Source of the DNA: an uncultured delta proteobacterium
Lineage (GTDB): Bacteria > Desulfobacterota > RBG-13-43-22
NCBI GenBank assembly: GCA_963743305.1
Contig: CAVUPH010000018.1
Span: 58,203-122,202 of the forward strand
Length of the DNA stretch: 64,000 bases
Direction: 5' to 3'
Below the pieces are notes generated by a model. The model had not been told where the DNA came from. It saw nothing but the letters and a program-made list of their open reading frames with translations, and did no database searches. The position numbers were made by a program, and so were the translations under genes. Positions 49,401-59,966 of the stretch are shown in pieces (positions within the stretch are counted from its first letter, which is position 1; each line of letters begins with the position of its first letter).

Positions 49401-52046
49401 ATGCAGGTGATACAATTCCAGGTTAACGGCATCCCGCGCCGGGTAATTATCGATCCTCAGCGGAAGCTCAGCGAGGTCATTCGGAGAGAATTGAAGTTAA
49501 CGGGCACCAAGGAAGGCTGCAAGGAGGGGCACTGCGGCACCTGTACGGTCCTGCTGGATGGTCAGGCCGTTTTGGCCTGCAAGGTCCCGGTCATCAAGGT
49601 TCGCGGCCGGTCGGTGACCACCATCGAAGGGCTGGGCACTCCCGACCGGCCCCATCCGCTGCAACTGGCTTTTGCCAAGGCCGGGGCCATTCAATGCGGG
49701 TTCTGTACCCCGGGTCTGATCCTTCGCTCCCAGGCCCTGCTCACCAAAAATCCATCGCCTTCCCGGACGGAAATCCAAAGTGCCCTGCAGCCTCATCTCT
49801 GCCGCTGCACCGGTTACCAGAAGGTCTTCGAGGCCGTCGAACTGGCCGCCGCGGTTCTGCGCGGGGAAAGGGGCCCGATCTCCCTGCGAACGGAAGGGGA
49901 CCTCATCGGCCGGCCGGTGGTCCGCGGCGATGCCCTGAACAAGGCCACCGGCACGACCCTCTACGCCGACGACATCACCGTGGACGGCTGCTGCTTCCTG
50001 AAGGTCCTGCGCAGCCCTTACCCCCATGCCCAGATCCTGGAGATCGACAAGGCCGCCGCCGAGCAGGCCCCCGGGGTCCTGGCGGTCCTTACCGCGGCGG
50101 ATGTGGGCGGGACCAATATCCTCAAGATGGCCGGGGACGATCAACCCCTGCTCTGCGGGGACAAAGTACGCTACATCGGCGACCCCGTGGCCGCCGTGGC
50201 GGCCCGGTCCGAGGAGGAGGCCCGCCTGGCCCTGAACTTGGTCAAGGTGACCTATAAACCGCTCGAACCCCTGATGACCCCCGGAGAGGCGTTGGCGAAA
50301 GGCGCCCCCCGGGTGCACGACGATCGGGAAAACCTGTTTTTTCAGCAACCGATTATCTTCGGCGGGGCCGAGAAGGGCCGCCTGGAAGCTGCGTTTACCG
50401 TCGAGGCCCGCTACACCACGCAGACGGTCGACCACGGCTACCTCGAACCGGATTCCGGTATCGCTTTCATTCACGAAAACGGTCAACTGGTGATCGTTTC
50501 CGGGAGCCAGAATATCCATGCCCACCGCAAGACCATCGCCGGGGCCATCGGACTTACCCTGGAGCAGGTCCGGGTGATCCAACCGCCCATGGGAGGCGCT
50601 TTCGGCGGACATCTCGACGTCTCCGTAGGCGGCCTGATCGCCCTGGCCGCCTGGAAACTCCAAAAACCGGTGAAACTGGTTTTCACCCGGGCGGAGACCT
50701 TCCAGGCCACCACCAAGCGGCACCCTTTTTACCTGGACTTCAAAATCGGGGCCGCCAAAGATGGCACCTTTACCGGCCTGGAGGTCGATCTGTTGGCCGA
50801 CGGCGGGGCCTACAAGTCTTTTTCCAACAGCGTCACCACCCGGGGGCTGGTTCACGCCAGCGGTCCCTATCGCTTTCCTCAGGCCCATCTGCTCGGGCGG
50901 GCCGTTTACACCAACACGGTGGTCCGGGGCGCCATGCGGGGCTTCGGCGTTCCCCAGACCATTTTTGCCCTGGAATCGGCGGTGGACGAGCTGGCCCTGA
51001 AAATGGGGATCGATCCGCTGGAACTGCGCCTCAAAAACGCCTTTATCCCCGGCGATACGACCGTCTGCGGACAGGCCCTCACCGACGCCTTCGGCTATCG
51101 GGAGTGCCTGGAAACCCTGCGGCCCCACTACCGGCGGGCCCTGGATGAGGCCCGAACCCAGGGAACCGCGGAGGTGAAGCGGGGCGTGGGACTGGCCGGC
51201 ATCTGGTTCGGCCCCGGGCGCAGCGCCCCCGATCAGTCCGAGGCCTGGGCCGAGTTGCTTCCGGATGACCGGCTTCAGGTCTGGATCGGCGCGGCCGACA
51301 TGGGTCAGGGGGCGGAGACCCTGTTCTGGCAGGTGGCCGCCCAGACCATGGCCTTCCCCCTGGACCGGGTCCAGGTCTGCACTACCGACACCCGCTTCAC
51401 GCCGGACGGCAACTTTTCAGCGGGCAGCCGCCAGACCTATGTCTCGGGTCGGGCCGTCCAGATGGCGGTCGAAGAATTGAAAAACGCCATGGAGACCCAC
51501 GGGGTCGCCACCTATGAACAGATGAAGGCCAAGGACCTGCCCATGATCTACAAGGCGATCAACCGAACTGAAACCACCAAGCTCGACCCGGAAGACGGCC
51601 ACGGTGTGCCCTGGGAGACGTACTCCTTCGGGATCCAGATGGCGGAGGTGGCGGTGGAGATGAAGACCGGAAAGATCCGGGTATTGAAAGTGACCGCGGT
51701 AAGCGACCTGGGCACGGTGATCAATCGCCAGATCGTGGAGGGCCAGATCGAAGGCGCGATCGTCATGGGCCTGGGCTACGCCCTGTCGGAGGATTTCGTC
51801 TACAACGTGACCGACAGTTTCGCCAAATTCCGGATCCCGCGGGCCAAGGACGCCCCCCGCATGGAAGTGATCACCCTGGATATCCCCAGAAAGAAAGGTC
51901 CTTTCGGGGCTTCGGGCACGGCCGAATATGCCGATGCCCCCACGGCCCCGGCCATTATGAATGCCGTCGCCCAGGCTTGCGGGGCCCGTATCCGGGACCT
52001 GCCGGCCACGCCGGAGAAAGTTCTGGCAGCCCTTAATAACCCTTAA
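49401..52046 (+). CDS. Molybdopterin aldehyde oxidoreductase (Mop-like, fused 2x[2Fe-2S] + Moco domains, no FAD domain)
   Basis: GCKEGHCGTC, QCGFCTPG, CRCTGY, GGAFGG, AMRGFG, AGSR, EGQIEG, GPFGASGTAE. Confidence 0.92.
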   Translation: MQVIQFQVNGIPRRVIIDPQRKLSEVIRRELKLTGTKEGCKEGHCGTCTVLLDGQAVLACKVPVIKVRGRSVTTIEGLGTPDRPHPLQLAFAKAGAIQCGFCTPGLILRSQALLTKNPSPSRTEIQSALQPHLCRCTGYQKVFEAVELAAAVLRGERGPISLRTEGDLIGRPVVRGDALNKATGTTLYADDITVDGCCFLKVLRSPYPHAQILEIDKAAAEQAPGVLAVLTAADVGGTNILKMAGDDQPLLCGDKVRYIGDPVAAVAARSEEEARLALNLVKVTYKPLEPLMTPGEALAKGAPRVHDDRENLFFQQPIIFGGAEKGRLEAAFTVEARYTTQTVDHGYLEPDSGIAFIHENGQLVIVSGSQNIHAHRKTIAGAIGLTLEQVRVIQPPMGGAFGGHLDVSVGGLIALAAWKLQKPVKLVFTRAETFQATTKRHPFYLDFKIGAAKDGTFTGLEVDLLADGGAYKSFSNSVTTRGLVHASGPYRFPQAHLLGRAVYTNTVVRGAMRGFGVPQTIFALESAVDELALKMGIDPLELRLKNAFIPGDTTVCGQALTDAFGYRECLETLRPHYRRALDEARTQGTAEVKRGVGLAGIWFGPGRSAPDQSEAWAELLPDDRLQVWIGAADMGQGAETLFWQVAAQTMAFPLDRVQVCTTDTRFTPDGNFSAGSRQTYVSGRAVQMAVEELKNAMETHGVATYEQMKAKDLPMIYKAINRTETTKLDPEDGHGVPWETYSFGIQMAEVAVEMKTGKIRVLKVTAVSDLGTVINRQIVEGQIEGAIVMGLGYALSEDFVYNVTDSFAKFRIPRAKDAPRMEVITLDIPRKKGPFGASGTAEYADAPTAPAIMNAVAQACGARIRDLPATPEKVLAALNNP

Positions 52047-52077
52047 ATTCGAAACAAAGTTCAAATGATCAAAAGGG

Positions 52078-52166
52078 CTCCCCCTCCCTCGACGGGAGGG
52101 GGTTGGGGGGTGGGTGAATCCCGAATCCTCGTCCCTGCCGGCACTTCCCTGTCAAGGGGGAGGGAA
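52078..52166. repeat. C/G-tract REP-like doublet
   Basis: ccccctccctcgacgggaggggg...cttccctgtcaagggggaggga; related hairpins near 13239, 41742 and 47536. Confidence 0.65.
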
Positions 52167-52220
52167 TTTTTTGAATTTCGAATTTGAGATAAAATTTGAA
52201 TATCTTTGGCGATAAGTTGC

Positions 52221-53110
52221 ATGCTTATAAAACCCGACTGCATTTCTTGCATTCTGAAAATGGCTATTACGGCCATCCGGAACTTAACGACCGACGAAGC
52301 CGTTATCCGGGACCTGACCATTCAGATTTTGACCATTCCCGCCCTCCAGGGACGACAATGGGACCTCTCCAGTCCCGAGGTGATCGAACAGGTCATGGAA
52401 AAAATCGTGCGGCGCTTTCCATTCCCCGGACCCGTTCCAGGCTTTGAAGTTAGAACAAAATCGGATCGGTCAAGCCCTCTATCCGACGGCTTGAAAAAAT
52501 TGGTGCAGGAGGCCGATGACCCCTTGCAGGCGGCGGTAAAAATGGCCATCCTGGGGAATGCCATCGACCTCATGATTTCGGATCAGTCCCTGGACGTGGA
52601 AAAAACGCTGGTTCAAGGGCTGCGAGCAACCTTGGTCCGGAGAAACCGATCGCGGTCTTTAAGGAAAAACTCGGGCAAACCCGTTCCCTGGTTTACCTGG
52701 GGGATAATTGCGGTGAGATCGTTTTCGATAAGTTGTTATTGGAAATTATTCGAGAGACCTATCATCCGCAGGTGGTCTTTGTGGTCCGAAGCGTTCCCGC
52801 GCTGAATGACGCCACCCGAAGCGAAGCGGAAATGGTGGGACTGGATCAGGTGGCGACCATTATGCCCAATGGGCTTCAGGCCCCGGTCCCGGGCACCATT
52901 CTATCCCGGTGTTCCGAAGAGTTGAGGGAATTGATCCGGGAGGCCGATCTGGTCATTTCCAAGGGCGGCGGCAATTTCGACACCTTGGAAGGGGAAAAGG
53001 ATTTGGGTGCGGATATATCGTTTATGCTGCTGTCCAAATGCATCCCCTATTGCCACTATTTTCAAACCGGAATGTTTCAACCGATCCTGGCCAATTTTTT
53101 CACCTCCTGA
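52221..53110 (+). CDS. DUF89/ARMT1-family metal-dependent phosphatase, frameshifted
   Basis: PDCISC, AILGNAID, LGDNCGEIVFD (other frame), PALNDAT, ISKGGGNFDTL; indels between about 52410 and 52680. Confidence 0.82.
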
Positions 53111-53198
53111 TTCGAAAATTTCCCCCAGTCGGACCTAATAAAAATCCCTTCGGTATTCCGGCGGTATGGAAGCCACTGCTGCGGGGAAAGATTTTTGC

Positions 53199-53268
53199 TT
53201 GACATGGCCATTTATTGGGTCATATAATACCCGTAAGTAGCTTAAAGGGGGTTATATATGACCAATAA
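53199..53268 (+). promoter_or_regulatory. Sigma-70 promoter and inverted-repeat operator of the hipBA-like operon
   Basis: TTGACA-18-TATAAT; arms ttattgggtcatataataccc and gggttatatatgaccaataa cover the -10 box and the start codon. Confidence 0.75.
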
Positions 53269-53602
53269 TTCACATTTTCAATCCAGCCTTCCCCAGGAAG
53301 TGGCAGATGCCGTTTCCCGATTGGGTGAACACATTCGAATCGCCAGGAAACGGCGCGGAATGACCCTGGAGGAGGTGGCCTCCCGGATGTTCGTGACCCG
53401 AAAGACTTTGTCGCGCCTGGAAAACGGCGATCTCGGCGTTTCTCTGGCGGTCCTGGCCTCGGCCCTGTGGGTGTTGGGGTTTGAGAAAGACCTCCTGGAA
53501 ATCGCCCATCCGGAAAAGGACCAGGTGGGGATATACCGGGAGCGGCAACGCCTTCCCCAGCGGGTGCGGCCTTCCAAAGCCAGCGATGATTTGGACTTCT
53601 GA
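53258..53602 (+). CDS. XRE-family HTH antitoxin (HipB-like)
   Basis: LGEHIRIARKRRGMTLEEVASRMFVTRKTLSRLENGD. Confidence 0.88.
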   Translation: MTNNSHFQSSLPQEVADAVSRLGEHIRIARKRRGMTLEEVASRMFVTRKTLSRLENGDLGVSLAVLASALWVLGFEKDLLEIAHPEKDQVGIYRERQRLPQRVRPSKASDDLDF

Positions 53603-53604
53603 TC

Positions 53605-54816
53605 ATGGCGGGAAAAAAAATCACGGTTTTCATTTACCTGCCCGGAGAACCGGTGGCGGTCCCCGCAGGGATCTTCACTTATGAAGGCGACCTGCAGATA
53701 GGGACCTTCGCTTACGGCCGGAAGTACTTGGAGCGGAAAAACGCCCTGCCGGTGGACCCGGTCGCCCTGCCGCTTGGTCTTACCCCACGGGCCGTCACAA
53801 CCAATAAGGGTTTGTACGGCGCATTCCGTGACGCGGCCCCGGATTATTGGGGACGGCTGGTCATCGCGGCGGAGCGAAAGGTCCCCCCGGAAGCCCTTTC
53901 GGAAATAGACTTCCTGTTGGACGCCAACGCCACCCGAGTGGGCAACTTGGATTTCCGAACAACCCCGAATGATCCGGAGCCGCCTCTTGAGCCGCCCCAT
54001 TTCAACCGACTGGAAGAGGTCCTGGAGGCCGCCTCCAAGGTCGAGGCGGGCGAGGAGCTTTCAGGTCATCTACTGCACCTGTTGCGCCAGGGGACCAGCG
54101 TGGGTGGGGCCCGGCCCAAATGCACGGTTGAGTGGCAGGAGGCCTTATGGATCGCCAAGTTCCCGGCCCGGAGCGACACCGTAAACATCCCCCGCATTGA
54201 ATACGCCGCCATGACGCTGGCCGGAAAATGCGGAATACGGATTCCCGTCGTGCACCTTCAATCCATCGGGAAAACCTTCGTTCTGCTGGTTCGGCGTTTC
54301 GACCGCGAGAAACACCCGGAGGGCTGGGCACGAAAGGGTTTCCTGAGTGCCCTTTCACTCCGGCAGTGGGATGAAGCCGACCGTCTGAATTGGGATTATG
54401 GGGCCATCGCCAATACCATGCTTCGTCATACGTCGGTCCCTGACATCCGGGAGTTGTTCCGGCGCATGGTCTTTAATATTCTGGTGCGCAACACGGACGA
54501 CCATCCCCGGAATCACGGATTTCTTTTCGATGCTTCCGGGATGGAGCTGTCCCCGGCCTATGACCTCGTGCCGTCTCTTACCCAGCCTGGAGTGGGAACG
54601 GCGTTTTCCCTGGCCATGTCCGTTGGAACGCGAGGCCGGGAGGCGTCTCTGGAAAATGCCCTGAGCCGGGCCAGGCGATTCGGATTATCCGGGGAAGAGG
54701 CCGGGACGGTTCTGGAACAAATGGTGGAAACCGTGCGGGGTTGGCGAGACCACTTCGCAGCAGTCGGTTGCCCTGAGGTCGAGATACGGGCCTTGGAGCC
54801 ATCGTTGGCGCGTTAG
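53605..54816 (+). CDS. hipA: HipA-family kinase toxin
   Basis: DAAPDYWGR, GTSVGGARPK, IAKFP, RRFDR, NTDDHPRNHGF, LSPAYD. Confidence 0.92.
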   Translation: MAGKKITVFIYLPGEPVAVPAGIFTYEGDLQIGTFAYGRKYLERKNALPVDPVALPLGLTPRAVTTNKGLYGAFRDAAPDYWGRLVIAAERKVPPEALSEIDFLLDANATRVGNLDFRTTPNDPEPPLEPPHFNRLEEVLEAASKVEAGEELSGHLLHLLRQGTSVGGARPKCTVEWQEALWIAKFPARSDTVNIPRIEYAAMTLAGKCGIRIPVVHLQSIGKTFVLLVRRFDREKHPEGWARKGFLSALSLRQWDEADRLNWDYGAIANTMLRHTSVPDIRELFRRMVFNILVRNTDDHPRNHGFLFDASGMELSPAYDLVPSLTQPGVGTAFSLAMSVGTRGREASLENALSRARRFGLSGEEAGTVLEQMVETVRGWRDHFAAVGCPEVEIRALEPSLAR

Positions 54817-54850
54817 GGAGGACTTCCAACGGTCAACTGCCAAGTGCCCT

Positions 54851-54980
54851 GAAAAATTTCTTGACAGCCCCTTCGACCAAATTTAGGCTGTGAACGATGC
54901 TTCACATTAAACCACAGGTACCGAAGAAATTATAACGCCTATCCGCCGGGACCAGATCGCCCAGGCCATATTGCGCCTGG
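54851..54980 (+). promoter_or_regulatory. Degenerate duplicate of the tetR promoter/operator and first codons
   Basis: TTGACA-17-TAGGCT, TGTGAA-N6-TTCACA at 54889-54906, then TEEIITPIRRDQIAQAIL aligning with TetR TEKIQTQIRKDQIVRAVL. Confidence 0.75.
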
Positions 54981-55029
54981 AGCCCTCCGCGCCGTACCGG
55001 CACTTCATGGGCAAGGAGGAGTGGAGAAC

Positions 55030-55518
55030 ATGAACGGATTCGTTAAGAGATATTGGGCTTGGTTGCCGGCCATGATCATGTTCATGACCGGGTGGGGGCT
55101 TTATCCATCGGCGGTACAGGCACAAGAACTGTCCAAAGGGCAACTGGTTTACGTGCCCATTTATTCCCATGTCTATTACGGCGACCGGGAACGGACCATA
55201 CTGCTAACCGGCATCCTGAGTGTTCGTAACACGGACCCGGGGCAGGCCATTACCCTGTTACAGGCGGATTATTACGATTCCGAGGGGAAGCTGCTCCGGA
55301 AGTATATTGCCCAACCCGTCACCCTGGGTCCCCTGGGCTCCACCCGGTTTATCGTAAAAACCTCGGATACCGCCGGCGGGTCAGGGGCTAATTTTCTGGT
55401 GCGCTGGAAAGCGGAAACCCCGGTCAATGAACCCATCCTGGAGGGGGTGATGATCGGCGCCTCCGGGCAGCAGGGCATTTCCTTCACCTCCCGGGGAGTA
55501 GCGATCAAGGAAAAGTAA
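55030..55518 (+). CDS. DUF3124 family exported protein
   Basis: GQLVYVPIYSHVY, LSVRNTD, DYYDSEGK, GGSGANFLVRW, GISFTSRG. Confidence 0.85.
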   Translation: MNGFVKRYWAWLPAMIMFMTGWGLYPSAVQAQELSKGQLVYVPIYSHVYYGDRERTILLTGILSVRNTDPGQAITLLQADYYDSEGKLLRKYIAQPVTLGPLGSTRFIVKTSDTAGGSGANFLVRWKAETPVNEPILEGVMIGASGQQGISFTSRGVAIKEK

Positions 55519-55543
55519 TCCCGAAAAGATACACAGGACATCG

Positions 55544-55561
55544 TACCCCCCCCGGGGGGTA
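55544..55561. promoter_or_regulatory. Candidate CsoR/RcnR-type operator
   Basis: TACCCCCCCCGGGGGGTA: TAC/GTA flanking C and G tracts. Confidence 0.4.
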
Positions 55562-55691
55562 TGCTTTGTCGTCACCCTTGGGCGTGACTCCTCGCCAGGA
55601 CATTCCGCCAAAGCGTTGGTGGTTACGCTTCGCGGGTGTCACCTGGGGCCCGGGGGTTGATGAAGAACAACCTCCCAAAGGGTTATCGCCA

Positions 55692-57695
55692 ATGGAAATC
55701 CCCCTTTTGACCGACATCGCTATCATCCTGGGCCTGTCCATCGGGATCCTGTTCGTATTCCTCCGCCTGAAAATGCCGGCCCTGATCGGTTTCTTCCTGA
55801 CGGGGATCCTGGCCGGGCCCCACGGGTTGGGACTGGTCAAGGCCGTCCACGAAGTGGAGGTCATGGCCGAAATCGGGGTGGTCCTGCTGCTGTTCACCAT
55901 CGGGATCGAGTTCTCCATCAACCAACTATTGCGGATTAAAAAGTCGGTCTTGCTGGGAGGGTCGCTTCAGGTCCTGTTGACCACCGGGGCCACCTTTCTG
56001 GCGGCCCAGTGGTTCGGCCTGGGGATCGGGCAGTCCGTCTTTCTGGGTTTTTTGCTTTCCCTGAGCAGCACGGCCATCGTCCTGAAACTGCTTCAGGAAA
56101 GGGCCGAGGTGGATTCGCCGCATGGCCGCACCACCCTCGGCATCTTGATTTTCCAGGATATCGTCATCGTGCCCATGATGCTGTTGACCCCCCTGCTGGG
56201 CGGCGACGGGGGAAACCTGGGCCCCGCGGTCCTGCTCATGCTGCTGAAAGGGGTGGGGGTCATTGCCTTCGTTTTTCTGGCCACCAAATGGGCGGTCCCC
56301 TTTTTGCTCTTCCAAATTGTCGGGACCAAGAGCCGGGAGTTGTTTCTCTTCGGGGTTCTCGGCATCTGTATGGGGGTGGCCTGGCTCACCTCCAGCGTCG
56401 GGCTTTCGCTCTCTCTGGGGGCCTTTCTGGCCGGGTTGATCATCTCCGAATCGGAATACAACCATCAGGCCCTGGGCAACGTCCTGCCTTTCAAGGATAT
56501 TTTTTCCGGATTTTTCTTCGTGTCCATCGGCATGCTCCTCGATGTGCGTTTTCTGATCAATCATCTTTTTTGGGTGCTATTGCTGGTGGGGGCCATCATG
56601 GCAGCGAAAACCATCCTGGCCGCCCTGGCCGCCGGGACCCTGCGCTTTCCGCTGCGCACCGTTCTGTTGGTGGGGCTGGGGCTGTGCCAGGTGGGGGAGT
56701 TTTCCTTTGTCCTGGCGGAAATGGGCAGCCGGTTCGGGCTGTTGGCCGGCGATCACTACTAGTTGTTCCTGGCCGTATCCATACTCACCATGGCGGCCAC
56801 CCCCTTCCTGATCCCCCTGGCTCCGCGAGTGGCCGATAGCTTCTTGAAGATTCCCGGTCTGGCCCGTTTCCAGAGCGGGATTTTGCCGGACAAGGGGATC
56901 CAGCTTCCTCTCCTGAACGATCATCTGCTCATCGTGGGCTTTGGAGTGAACGGCCGGAATCTGGCCCGGGCGGCCCGCGGGGGACAGATCCCCTACTTGA
57001 TCCTGGAGATGAACCCGGAGACGGTCCGGGAAGAGCGGGACAAGGGGGAGCCGATTTTCTTCGGGGACGCCACCCAGGAACCGGTGCTCGAGTTAGCCGG
57101 TCTGGGGCGGGCCCGGGTCCTGGTCGTTGTGATCAATGATGCCGCGGCCGTCCGGCGGATTACCGAGATGGCGCGCAGGCTGAATCCGAAAATTTACATT
57201 ATTGTCCGGACCCGGTTCCTGCAGGAAGTGCCGGCCTTATATGCCTTGGGGGCCGATGAAGTCATCCCCGAGGAGTTTGAAACCGCCGTGGAGATATTTA
57301 CTCGCGTCCTGAAAAAGTACCTGGTCCCGCAGGAGGACATCGGACGCCTCACCGCCGACGTCCGTTCGGAAGGATATCGGATGTTTCGGACTCCCACCTT
57401 GTCGGGGTTGGCCCTGGAGGATTTGAAGCGCCATGTTCCGGATATGGATATTCATACCTTTCGCGTCGGGCTCTATGCGCCGGTGACGGCCAAAACCCTG
57501 TCGGAGCTGGATATAAGGAAACGGTATGGGGTCACCGTCCTGGCTGTCCGCCGGGGTTCCGAAATGCTGGTAAATCCGGATGGGGAGATGCGAGGCCGCC
57601 CGGATGACCTCTGGTTTGTCATGGGGAACCCGGATCAACTGGTCCGGGCGGCCGCCCTGTTTTCGAATCCCCGGGAGAATGAGGCTCATCGATGA
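55692..57695 (+). pseudogene. CPA2/Kef-type cation:proton antiporter with TrkA-N and TrkA-C domains; in-frame TAG at 56760-56762
   Basis: GILAGPHG, LLLFTIGIEF, SLSSTAIV, LIFQD, LGAFLAG, QVGEFSFVL then DHY*LFLAVS continuing in the same frame into GFGVNG and FGDAT. Confidence 0.9.
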
Positions 57696-59817
57696 AATGG
57701 TATCAGCGTGAGGTGGAGGACATTCTCAGAAAACTGGAAACTTCGGTCAAGGGCCTGACGGAAGCGGAAGCGGCGGAACGGATCCAAGAATTCGGCCCCA
57801 ACAAGCTGGCCGAGGAAGGGCAGATCAGCCGATTAAAACTTCTCCTGCACCAGTTTACCAGTCCCTTGATTTATGTTCTGATGATAGCCGCCGTGGTGAC
57901 TTTTTTTCTCCAGGAATATAAGGATACCGGCGTAATCGTGGCGGTGATCGTCCTGAACGCCGTCATCGGCTATTCCCAGGAATTGAAGGCCGAAAAAAAT
58001 GTTCGGGCCTTGAAAAAACTGATCGTCCCCAAGGCTCGGGTGATCCGGGAAGGCCGGGAACTGGAGATCGATAGCGAAGGGCTGGTCCCGGGAGACTTAG
58101 TGGTTTTATCTTCCGGCTCCAAAGTACCGGCGGATTTGCGGTTGGTCAAAGCCATGGAACTCCGAATTGATGAGGCCATGCTGACCGGGGAATCCCTGCC
58201 GGCCGAAAAGAATCCTGGAACCATCCGGGAAGAGAATCTCTCTCGGAATGGCTGGCCGTCGATTCCGGTCTCACTCCCGAACTGGAAATGGTCTTCCGCA
58301 TAGGTCTTTTGTGCAACGAATCGGGGCTGTACGAGGAGGAAGGGAGCTACCGGGTGGATGGGGACCCGACCGAAGCCGCCCTGATCGTCTCCGCTCTAAA
58401 GGCCGGCCTCGATGCGGAGCTGGAGCGGAACAACTCCCCGCAAATCGACATTATCCCCTTCGAGTCGGAACGGGGCTATATGGCCACCCTGCACCGGTAT
58501 GGAGAAAAAAAATGGGTTTTCATCAAAGGCGCCCCAGAGAAACTTTTTGACATCTGCACCACATGTTCCGGAGGTCCCTGGGAAAAGGTCGGCCACATTG
58601 CTGAAAATTTCGCCCGGGAGGGATTACGGGTGCTGGCTATGGCCTACAAAGAAGTCCCCCCTGAAACCGAGGAGCTCGGCCATGAGCTATTGGAAACCGG
58701 TCTGGTCTTTGCCGGACTACAGGGGATGATGGATCCGCCCCGACCCGAGGTGATCGGCGCCATCGAAGGCTGCCGGAAGGCCGGGATCCGGGTAATAATG
58801 ATCACCGGGGACCATGCCGTCACCGCCCGGACTATTGCCCGAAAACTGGGGATCGGGGACAAAGACCCGGAGGTCATTACGGGCCGGCATCTGGAGACCA
58901 TGAGTGATGATGATTTATACCAACGGGTACGCGAGGTCTCGGTCTATGCCCGCGTTTCCCCCAACCACAAACTGCGGATCGTCCAGCAACTGATCAAGCA
59001 CGGGGATATCGTAGCCGTCACCGGGGACGGGGTGAACGACGCCCCGGCTTTGAAGGCGGCCCATATCGGGGTAGCCATGGGTCAGGGCGGCACCGACGTG
59101 GCCAGGGAGGCCTCGGACATGGTCCTGACGGACGATAACTTCACCAGCATCTTTAACGCCGTGGAAGAGGGCCGGATCGTTTTCGATAACCTGCGCAAGG
59201 TCACCTTCTTTCTGATTCCCACCGGGATCGCGGCCATCCTGTCAATCCTGGGATCGGTCCTGTTCGGGCTGCCTTTGCCCTATCTGCCGGCCCAGTTGCT
59301 CTGGATCAACCTGGTTTCCAATGGCCTCCAGGACGTGGCCCTGGCCTTTGAGCCGGGGGAAAAGGGGGTCCTGTTAAGGCCGCCACGCGATCCGCAAGAG
59401 GGGATCATGTCCCGACTGTTGATTGAACGGACGGTATTGGTCAGTCTGTTGATTTCCGCCGGCGTCCTCTACGAATTCGTCCGGGCCCTGGACCAGGAAG
59501 CTTCCCTGGAAAAGGCCCGGACTCTGGCCATGACCACCATGGTCTTTTTTCAGTTCTTTCAGGCCTGGAACAGCCGCTCCGAATATCAATCGATCTTCCG
59601 CATCAGTCCCGTGAGCAACCCCTTCCTTTTCTATGGAATGATCGCCGCCGTGCTGTCGCAACTGGCCGTAATCTATGTCCCTTCACTGCAATGGGTCTTC
59701 CGGACCGAACCAATCACGGGGAATGAATGGCTGGCCATCCTGCTGATTTCCATGACCGTCGTCGGGGTAGTTGAACTGGACAAATGGTGGCGGAGAAGGA
59801 GCACGCCCCGTGTTTGA
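57692..59817 (+). pseudogene. P-type IIA cation-transporting ATPase with an internal deletion and frameshift near 58240
   Basis: LTGES, GDPTE, KGAPE, DPPR, MITGD, TGDGVNDAPAL and LWINL are present; TM3-4 (PEGL) and DKTGT are absent. Confidence 0.88.
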
Positions 59818-59820
59818 TTA

Positions 59821-59883
59821 TTACAGGTGGTTCTTCCGGTGGCCATGATCGCCATCATCCGCAAGGTCATTATCCTGGATGGT
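59821..59883 (+). pseudogene. PsiE-family membrane protein fragment
   Basis: Translates LQVVLPVAMIAIIRKVIILDG, resembling the PsiE-family AIARKVIILD motif; no start codon. Confidence 0.55.
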
Positions 59884-59966
59884 AACAACGCCGGGTCAGC
59901 AGCCACGATGGCCCCTGATTTAGAGAGTTCTTTGAATACCATCCTCCGCTGAACCAGAAAAAATTC

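Noticed and set aside
47781-51128. Long antisense ORFs of 544 and 543 aa (also 39823-41262, 61326-62720, 6665-7609)
   Set aside because: They mirror well-supported genes on the opposite strand, as expected from high-GC codon bias, and show no motifs.
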